Origin: Catajapyx aquilonaris
Lineage: Eukaryota
DNA: 50,857 nt
NCBI GenBank assembly: GCA_000934665.2
Contig: KZ538729.1
Span: 1-50,857 of the forward strand
Direction of reading: 5' to 3'
Shown one piece after another: positions 42,401-50,857 of the stretch (the first letter of the stretch is position 1; each line of letters starts with the position of its first letter). The notes beneath the pieces are model-generated. The model had not been told where the DNA came from. It saw nothing but the letters and a program-made list of their open reading frames with translations, and ran no database searches. A program made the translations under genes and the position numbers.

Positions 42401-45196
42401 GGAAAAGTTCATGGCCGTCATCAAACCCATTGTTGCACAACAATTAGAGTCTCTTGGACTGGGAAATCAGCAGATGCAGTTTAATGCTTTGATACCGAAG
42501 GAGTCTGAGTACTTACTATCGGAGAAGATAGCTAATAACCTGGCAACGCAACAGAACTTCAACCCGTACAATCAACTTTGCAGCCAAAATCTTTCATCTG
42601 GTTTCATTCTCTTCGACAACATGACCATACCTCTACCACCGATTGCTTCGTGCAACCAATCTAACCCACAAACGTCGCCAGAGCTTACCACCATCATTGA
42701 TGTGCCTCCAATCGAAGTATTGCCAACCACCGTCTCATACACAACAACAGACATTGTCATAACCCCTCCTGAACAGATCCTAATTCCTGCTTTTACTGTA
42801 GGGTCACCCGTAACGGAAACTCAAGCCGTTACGGATGTGCCTGGAATTCCAGTTGGGTCTGGGCAGCAGGTGCCAGGGTATCCCGGTGGAGGTTTCTCAC
42901 CTGGTAGTTCAATGTTAGGGTTTCCTATTGCCAATCCTGGTACATACCCTGGTTATCCTGGTGCTATATTTCCAGGTTATCCTGGAGCAATAGTGCCCGG
43001 TTATCCTGGGGCTATAGCACCAGGATATCCTGTTGGATATCCCCCAGGATTCATACCGTCTTTTCCCAATGGGGTAATATCTGGAGTTCCTATAAACGGG
43101 GTTTACAATGGATATCCTTGGGCCCCAGCTGGTATATCAGGAATTCCTGTCCTTCCTCCATCCAATGAAATTCCCGGTAGTGTTGCCACAGATATTCCAG
43201 GATATCCCATAGGAGGTAATTCAGGTGTTACAGATGCCACAGAATCATCTGTTCCTGGAGTTCCTGTGGAAAATCCCTATGGGAGTATACCTGGATATCC
43301 TAGTGCCGTAGTTCCTGCAATTCCAGTTGGACCTGTGTCACAGGGTATTCCAGGATTCCCTGCAGGAACAGTCACTGGCATTCCAATTGGTTCTCCGTCT
43401 CAGGGAATTCCAGAAACTCCAGGAAATATTCCTGCAACTCAAATTGGCCCTTCTTCCTCAATGCCAGGAAATCCTGGCAGTGTTATTCCTGGTACACCTG
43501 TAATTGGGACTCCTGGGGGAGGTGCTCCAGTAGCTGTCCCTGGTGGTGTTATTGGCCCTTCTTCCTCAATGCCAGGAAATCCTGGCAATGTTATTCCTGG
43601 TACACCTGTAATTGGGACTCCTGGGGGAGGTGCTCCAGTAGCTGTTCCTGGTGGTGTTATTGGCCCTTCTTCATCCATAAATCCAGGCATTTCTGGAGGC
43701 ATGATAGCAGGAGTTCCTGTTGGTCCCCCTTCAACGGGAATATCAGGAGGTACCATTCCTGGAAGTTCAGTTCCGGGAGTCCCAATAAGTCCTGCAGGAA
43801 TTCCAGGAGGTTCTATTGGTACCGTTCCTGGAGGAGCAATACCTGGCATACCAGTTAATCCACCAACCTCTGGAATTTCTGGGGGAGCAAATCCAGGAAT
43901 TCCTCCAGGAACTGGATTTCCTGGCGGCATGATACCTGGGATTCCAGGGATTATAATTCCGGGAGCACCTGTGGGACCTTCTGTAATTCCCGCGGGAGCA
44001 ATTCCAGGAATACCAATGGGACCTGGATTTCCGGGAGGTATAATACCTGGAGCTACGAGTCCTACTGAAACAGTTCCTGGAATTACTGTCACTGGGGCTC
44101 CAGGAGGCGCATTTCCTGGAACATCTGCAGGACCTGGATTTCCTGTAGGACTCATTCCTGGCATTCCTGGTGGTGCTATTCCTGGAGCAGGGCCAGGAAT
44201 TTCTGGAGGCTTAATTCCAGGAGCCCCGATTAGTCCCCTTGGAAACCCTGGAGGAGTCACTCCTATAACTCCCGCAGGTCCCGCTCCAATAGGTCCAGGA
44301 TTACCAGGAGGATTCATTCCTGGTATCCCAGTCAACATTCCTTCAGCAATAATCCCCGGAATCCCCGGTGTTCCGGTTCCAGCCATTCCAGGAGGCCCTG
44401 GTCTAGTCCCTCTAGGTTCTATTCCTGGAATTCCTGGGGCTGACATTCCGGCGATCCCAGTAGGCCCGGGAGGATCAATCACAGGTGCTGGCGGTATCGC
44501 AGGTGGTGTCGCAGGGGGTATCGCTGGGGGTGTAGTGCCCATTATTCCCATAGGTCCTCCGGGTCCTATATTCCCGCCTGGTACTACCACTGTGAATCCA
44601 ACTGAAACCCCGACGACAACCATGGGTCCTGTTAATCCAAATACAACTTCGGGCCCTCTTCCGTTGCCACTTCCCATACCTATACCGATACCGATTCCTA
44701 TCATTATTATTGGGGGTGGAGGTGGTGGAGGTGGAGGAGGAGGTGGTGGTGGAGGTGGTGGTGGTGGTGGTGGTGGTGGGGATGGTGGTGGTGGGGATGG
44801 GCATGGGCATGAGCATGAGCCTTATAAATATCCTGCCTACATTCATGGAGGAATTCCGGCAAAGAAGCTGTGGCGTAAAGGATTTATCATATGTAAGTAG
44901 TACTTCATGAGATAATAAACCGTACATTAAACTGAACAAGTGCATATGCCAGGCGCTTGAATACTTACGTGTTTTCCTAAGAGCCGTGCCTGTTCTGTCT
45001 CTGAAATAGATGGAAATACTGTACTTGCAAAATTATATCAGTTTATAATGTTATGAAGATATATTAGAGGTTTAACAGCTCTTATTTTGTCATTTCAGCT
45101 GACACGGAGCCATTCATGATGCATTTTATCACCCAAGGTCACAAGGATGTGGAGCCATTCTGCATCAAGTGGCACCTAATTCAGTGCGAAAATTAG
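39107..45196 (+). CDS. Secreted arthropod-type CUB-domain protein with a giant Gly/Pro-rich insert, 9 exons, ~1268 aa (39107-39221, 40008-40089, 40395-40465, 40538-40647, 41143-41293, 41467-41586, 41647-41792, 41979-44892, 45099-45196)
   Basis: Signal-peptide-like MLPGHLSAWIIMLVTCVFPVSEVALG. Cys-rich module LFPIFSVFRFKNEPC..GTCYTREECIKRGG..C..FAVCC. CUB motifs YFISPHYP, CQVKVVFED, LCGKLTGQHLY, RRWKILVTQIQC. Second domain APPGCYQYYTG..SFN..YGVCVRKEKGFCAIQW, with a final exon SDTEPFMMHFIT..FCIKWHLIQC*. All introns GT-AG; exons sum to 3807 nt, in frame. Confidence 0.85.
39584..39747. repeat. Near-perfect hairpin/MITE in intron 1 of the CUB gene
   Basis: Arms of about 70 bp (AGGAGGCGTATACTCATC..GACGTCGCCAAT / ATTGGCGACGTC..GATGAGTATACGGCTCCT) around a loop of about 24 nt. 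Confidence 0.85.
43443..43690 (+). repeat. 108-bp (36-aa) coding tandem repeat, two copies plus a partial third
   Basis: IGPSSSMPGNPG(S/N)VIPGTPVIGTPGGGAPVAVPGGV starts at 43443 and 43551, with a partial copy at 43659. Confidence 0.95.
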
Positions 45197-45809
45197 ATCA
45201 GTGACAGAAGACATTATGAAAACTTTATTTGACGAAAGTTGGGTCTGTTAATTACATTGGTGGTATTTTTTTGGCTGCGGCCAGTATTACCTCTGCCTGA
45301 ATATTGAAATTTCCAACACACTAAGTTTGTTATTCAGCCTATTATAAACATAATACTCTCTTTTAACAGGCAGCCGCTGTGATTGACATGATTATTGTCA
45401 AGGAATGATAGTAATTTATTAGAGTGCTTGTAGGTGAATAAAGTATGCCATAATGTATAGTTGTATGGGCACTTTTGCTTAAGCCATAGGACCCATAGGA
45501 AAGTCTGGGGCCCGTCACCTTACTTATTTGGTCAGATCTCTCGCTTTTCTATAAACGTGACCAAGGCAGCCTGACTTGCCCTTTGATGATGCGGTCAGTT
45601 GACAGAAAATGGGTTTTAAAAGTGGCCGTCATGGCTTACAGATGTACTGTAAATTAGTGCCCTCTTAGATATTATTTTTTGCCAACATATCATATCTTTG
45701 TATGCAATTTGGCTAATAAAGCTCCGTGCGATATACCTTAAGAAAACAAGGTGAGAGCACTACTTGAAATGTACATAAGTTATTCATGTATGAAATGTAT
45801 TTATGACTT

Positions 45810-47542
45810 TTAATGGCGAACGCGTAAAATGGGTGCGTTTCTATTTATTTTAATTGTCCTACTTCCTATCAGATGTTTCTTTTTGTTGAATTGGAACCAT
45901 GGATGAATAAAGAAATAATATATTATTTCCGCCAGGCTTATGATGCTAACGCCCATAAATAGGCCCATAATTCCACCAATGGAAGCTGTAAGAAAAATTA
46001 ACGTAAATTAATAATAGTTTCGAAAATACGTAAGCAACAGGTAAATGTATAATTATAGATTTGTTTCTTAGCCACCATAATATGAGGTATTATGCAGCCC
46101 TTGCTTCCCACATTTGCCTTTAACAGAAGATGAACTACGTAAACTTGTCTTACTTGCAACCCTTACCACCCGAGCGTTACAGAATTATTATCAATTTTGT
46201 TTCCCGAAAATCATTGCGAAGGATTCCTTAGAATCCATACATGCATTTTATTATCGTACCTATCATGTCGTTCCAGGTGTACAATATTCCTCGGTAATGG
46301 ACTGGATAATACCATTCTCGATAATAAACCCGAAGCTGGATCAAGTTGCTCCTGGAACAGTAAAATAAAAAATAGATTGGCTTTGATGCAACCCTTTCCT
46401 GGATTTCCAGGACACTAGACGCCGCAGATTTTATCCAGCGATAGCATCAGAAAGAATGGGATTCAGAATCGATTTTGTCGTTGGCGGCAATAATTTTTAG
46501 TGAAAATCGGAAATACGTAATAATTCAGAAGTACCGTAACAGTGAAGCTCAGTAAAATGTTTTTCTCCCGGTTTTTTGAGATATGAAATGGGTTTTGATT
46601 TCAACGTTGAAGTGGCACCAGGAAGAATGGGAGGGTGCTGGTCCTTGATTTCACAGTATGGCAACCCTTCAATGAAGACAACATTACAACGAGCATACGA
46701 ATTTAATTCAATGTCAGTTTAAGGTGCACAGTATGGTGACTATTTAAAAAAATAGGGAGTAATCTACCATTGCTTTAAATTGCCTTAATTAAATGTAAAA
46801 TTCCAATTTTCTCCTACAGCATTTACGAAGTTGAAAACTGCGATTTCTCTGAATTCAAACCTTGATTTTCAATTAACATTGATTAAATTATTAGAAAACA
46901 GAAAAGCTTTAGAGTTTGATATCATTTCCTATATATACATATTCCCACTAAAATAGGGAGATGAAGTGGCGTCGCGGTAACGGATATGAAGGTCCGGGGT
47001 TCAATCCCCACCTGGGGTTCCCACCTTTATCCGTGCAGAGTTGGGCCATCTCTGGCTTCATTTCGGGTGGAAATTTCCTAAAGACTAATCCACCCGGGGA
47101 GTTCACAAAATGACCAATTAACGACAGCGCACATGCACTTTGCACATCCCCTCCTACCAACCCTTGGAGTAATTCATAAGATTTTCTTAACACGCTCCAA
47201 CAAATCCCGATGGTGGTAATCCACCCCCTTCCCAAGGAGTAAGTAGCTCCCTAAGTGGGGCAATGAAAAAAAATAATATTCCCACTAAAAATTATAGCCA
47301 TCAGCAACAAAACAGAGCCTGGTATATAGGCTACATATCCTTTGGAACAGTATGGCAGGGTCCTTACAAGTTGACACCATCAGAGTTGCTCGACATCAAG
47401 TCCCTGTTTGCATGAAATGGAGCAACGCTTATGTCAGTCGAGTAGAAGCAAAATGAACAGCTGAAGGAGCAGCTGCAGTCCATTCCTTTCTCTTCTATTC
47501 CATTTTCTCTGATATTCATAGAGTTGAAACGCTCTGTAATAT

Positions 47543-47618
<76 letters not shown>

Positions 47619-49171
47619 CAAGGACTTGCGGAAATTGGTGATGGCACATATTGATGCTGTAAAGTTGCAGGTGGATCCAGAATTTGCGACTGCAATATAT
47701 AATGGCATGTCTCAAAAAAATGTGCTGATAAAGTGCCCAACATTTCTATATTAAATACTGTATAATATTTCAGAGGAGAACATAATACCGTGTGCTTCAG
47801 TGTTGGGCTTGTATTGTACAGCCTATACCGTAGTGGAAAGGATGTTATGCAGGATCGTTTTTTGCTGAGACTTGCCACAATTATTAATGGAAGTTGTTCT
47901 AATTGATGAGAAATTTAAACTAAATTTTGTGTATTATACCACTAATTCAAAAATCCGCAATAGAAATCGACATTTTGGAATTTTAAAATATTAAAATTTC
48001 TACTGGATGCGCCAAGAACCGTAGCTTTTTCTTTAAAGTAATGGTGCTGTAGCTAATCGCTTTTAGAGTTTATCCAATTGTTAACTTAAACTGTACCGTA
48101 ATGAATGAAATTAATGTGTTCAAACCACGCAAAAATTTGGCCGATAACATTTTTTCTGGATTTTCCGCACTTGACCTGCCATTTGGATTGCATGCGGGAG
48201 GTGGTCTCTGGACCTTGAGCCATCAGTATAGCATACACTATTGTGCAGCAAGGATTCCGGATAGCATACTGCTGATTGAGATCGACCGGCACAACAAAAT
48301 ATTGATTGCGATCAACGGATACTTCAGCTTCTTACACATCATCCGAAGTGAAGGAGTAAGCCCCGTTTGGAATGTTAATCTTGGTGAGTACCGAATTTTT
48401 GATAGTCTCTTAATAAGCATTTAAGTGCAAAAAAATCGCTTACTATTACATAAAATCCTGCACATTTAATTATTCTGCTATTATACTTACCCACACTCTC
48501 GTAATAGTTATATGGGATGCATCCACACGTTCGATTGAAGGTTTGGATGCGGCATTCAATTAGGCAGTTGTAAAACGTGTAAGTGGAAAAGAAGGTCATG
48601 TTATTTTCGTTGGCATACAAGCACTGCCTAAAATCAGGAGGATATTTCTTCAGAGCGGATGTCAGGTCGTTCAGATGAGGGGTAACTGACACGAACACTT
48701 CGTGTCCAGGAGATATTACGAATCCTTGGTGGGACACATCCGGAAAGTCCAGAGAATTGTGCAGAAGAATCTAAAATGAGTTAAGATGACTATACAAGTT
48801 AGCCTATTGATTTATTTTTTGTACCACTATTTTGCAAGTATGACCAGTTTTTACATTTTGGTCCTTTTCAAAAACCTCAGGGACACGTAGTGGTATATGG
48901 CGGAAAAGAAAATCACTTTTTTGCACTTTTTCGCCCTTGATGTAAAAAGTGGTAATGGTCATTTGTTAGGTTTGTTTTTAAGACTTTTAATGAAACTGTC
49001 AACTTTACTGCATTTATTAACTTTAAATGACTTACTTGGAATCCATCATAAGTATCTATTGTCGTGCTGTATTCTTCCATTAGAGGATTTAGTAGAACTA
49101 TAAGACCCATATGAGCTCCAGCACCATGAAGGCGATAAATCGGTGTTATATTTTGTGACTGACCACTGTCC
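45810..49171 (-). CDS. ppk: Pickpocket/DEG-ENaC channel copy G (divergent), 3' part only (49171-49036, 48770-48491, 47689-47630, 47533-47368, 46351-46260, 45985-45810; 5' exons presumably beyond the right edge)
   Basis: RLHGAGAHMGLIVLLNP..DGFQ|ILLHNSLDFP, YTFYNCLIEC..CGCIPY, DCSCSFSC, LRVYY..YTWNDMI, TM2 ASIGGIMGLFMGVSIISLAEIIYYFF. One intron requires a GC donor. Confidence 0.88.
46956..47275 (+). mobile_element. tRNA-derived SINE in an intron of copy G
   Basis: Homologous to 4392-4735 along its length. 15-bp TSD ATATTCCCACTAAAA (46939-46953 / 47276-47290). Confidence 0.88.
47544..47617. repeat. (AAT)n microsatellite; similar tracts at 38022-38076, 39369-39441 and 49791-49839
   Basis: Directly visible in the sequence. 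Confidence 0.95.
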
Positions 49172-49789
49172 CTGTTAGTGAAAAATACATTTATGATATG
49201 TCCATTTTATGTGCTTCTCTTCTACTCAGTTTATATCGTTAGTCATTGTGCTCTTCTATACAAAACGAAATTTTTCTTGATTAACATGGGATTTGGATGC
49301 TGTGGTAGATGAGACGTGCGCCTTCAGCTGGCTATGTTGATTTTTGGAGAATTTATTTGAAAAACATTTACTGCCAAATTGTACTGTTGGAATACAGTAA
49401 TCCTTTCCATTGAACACTAGCATGATTTGATGAAAATCTCGTAGGGCTGAAATTTTTAGCCCATTCCAGATGCAGTTGTAGTACGGAGAGTTTCTTTTTT
49501 TAAATGCAGGGTGATTCAAGATGCTTGTCCTACTAATATGACTATTATTTTGTTGGAATTAATCTGATGATTCTGTGACTTTTGCATGATTACTTTCTAT
49601 GGTTGTCAAAATATTAGCCACTAATATTAGATAACGCTACCCATCCTTTAAAACCTGCAAGGGAGTCTGGCATGCACAAAGTGGGTTCTATCATTGACAT
49701 GAGATGCCGATTGTTCCAATGGGCTGGAAAGTCTTGGCAGGTTAAGCGCTGGAATGGGTGATTCAGTTCCGCCAGCCCACAGTTCAGTC

Positions 49790-49841
<52 letters not shown>

Positions 49842-50479
49842 TATTTTGATAACTATTGAAGGCAACTGTGCAAAAGTAACCGCTAAAAATAATCAGCTGA
49901 ATGCCAACAAATAACCTTTTTAGTCTGACAAAAATTTGTATATCGAGTAATCTTGAAAGACAGTAGTATGTTGTACTATACGCACGTAATTTATTTATTA
50001 TTCATTTAATTTATTTCAATTACCCATTATAGCTATTGATCCTTTGCTGGTATAATCAGGCCTTTGGAAACAAGATTCACGAAATTATTCACTGAACTAT
50101 GCAAATTTTTTTTTTAAAACAAAAAACAAAAAAAACACAAATTGAGAATAGAGGTCAAGGTTTTACTGGACATTTTAAAAACTTAGGATTGTCCACACAG
50201 TATAAAAACCTCACACAAACTGTCACGCTTAGGGCGGGTTTCACCAAGCCAGGTTTTGATAAAACCCCGGTTCTTTCGGAAAATCCCTATTAGGGGGCAC
50301 GGCAGTGCCCCCGCCAAGTTCTCGCCGCACTGCCGGACCACCTTTACCCGACACAACTCACGTCATTTTGACCCCCTCGAATCTTCGCACTGGTGAACAC
50401 ACGTGGCTTCAAAATTTTATTTGGGTAGATAAAAATCGATTAAAAATAATGCCCCCTTACTTCCATGTTCATATCTCTT

Positions 50480-50760
50480 TTCATTTCCGACTTAAAAAAT
50501 CCTAAAAACTCCCAAAACGGCCAAAATGTGACACTGACTGACTCACTCACTCACTCACTCACTCACTCACTGATCATCAAAATTATACGGCACTTCCAGT
50601 GGTCCTAGGATGCTGAAATTTGGTATGCTGGTAGATCTTGTCAAACAAACACCAGAATAAATCTGAAAACGGCACTTTTTTGAGTCAAAATGCTCCCAAA
50701 AAAATATTTTCACGAAGTCTGCTGCTGCTGACCAGATGCGGCATTTTTAACACGGATTAC
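50480..50760 (+). mobile_element. Possible Helitron/HINE-like fragment with a (CTCA)n tract
   Basis: CTGACTGACTCACTCAC..GATCATCAAAA..CCTAGGATGCTGAAATTTGGTATG resembles the microsatellite-bearing rolling-circle elements of insects. The termini were not identified. Confidence 0.35.
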
Positions 50761-50857
50761 TTTTTACTTTGAATTTCCATCAGTTATGCTGGTGCTCCTC
50801 CTGCCTTCATCCCCACGTTCTCATCTCCTCACCCCCCCTCCCTTCCCCCCCCCCTCC

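Noticed and set aside
43439..44704. 421-aa minus-strand Gly/Pro ORF
   Set aside because: Antisense shadow of the Gly/Pro codons of the plus-strand exon, with no independent gene features.
49650..49790. Possible extra exon of copy G after a (TTA)n tract
   Set aside because: Lacks the expected CxW..C / GxCxxFN motifs, and the splice phases do not fit cleanly.

Overview
AT-rich, intron-containing animal DNA, very probably arthropod/insect (inferred from the gene families and TTAGG-type repeats). It holds a tandem array of six minus-strand pickpocket (DEG/ENaC) channel genes, built by hand from splice sites. Copy A has its 5' three exons only and runs off the left edge. Copies B, C, D and E are complete, frame-consistent genes of about 584-605 aa. 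Copy G has its 3' six exons only and runs off the right edge. A/B/C and D/E form two subgroups, and G is more divergent. Between E and G, on the plus strand, is a 9-exon gene for a secreted arthropod-type CUB-domain protein of about 1268 aa. Its second CUB-like domain is split by one 2.9-kb exon encoding an elastin/resilin-like Gly/Pro/Ile/Val-rich polymer, the most unusual feature of the window. Introns and spacers carry modular tRNA-derived SINEs with target-site duplications, Tc1/mariner- and PIF-type MITEs (one Y-shaped), Helitron/Helentron-like elements, hairpins, microsatellites and one assembly gap. All calls come from manual reading; no database search was run.
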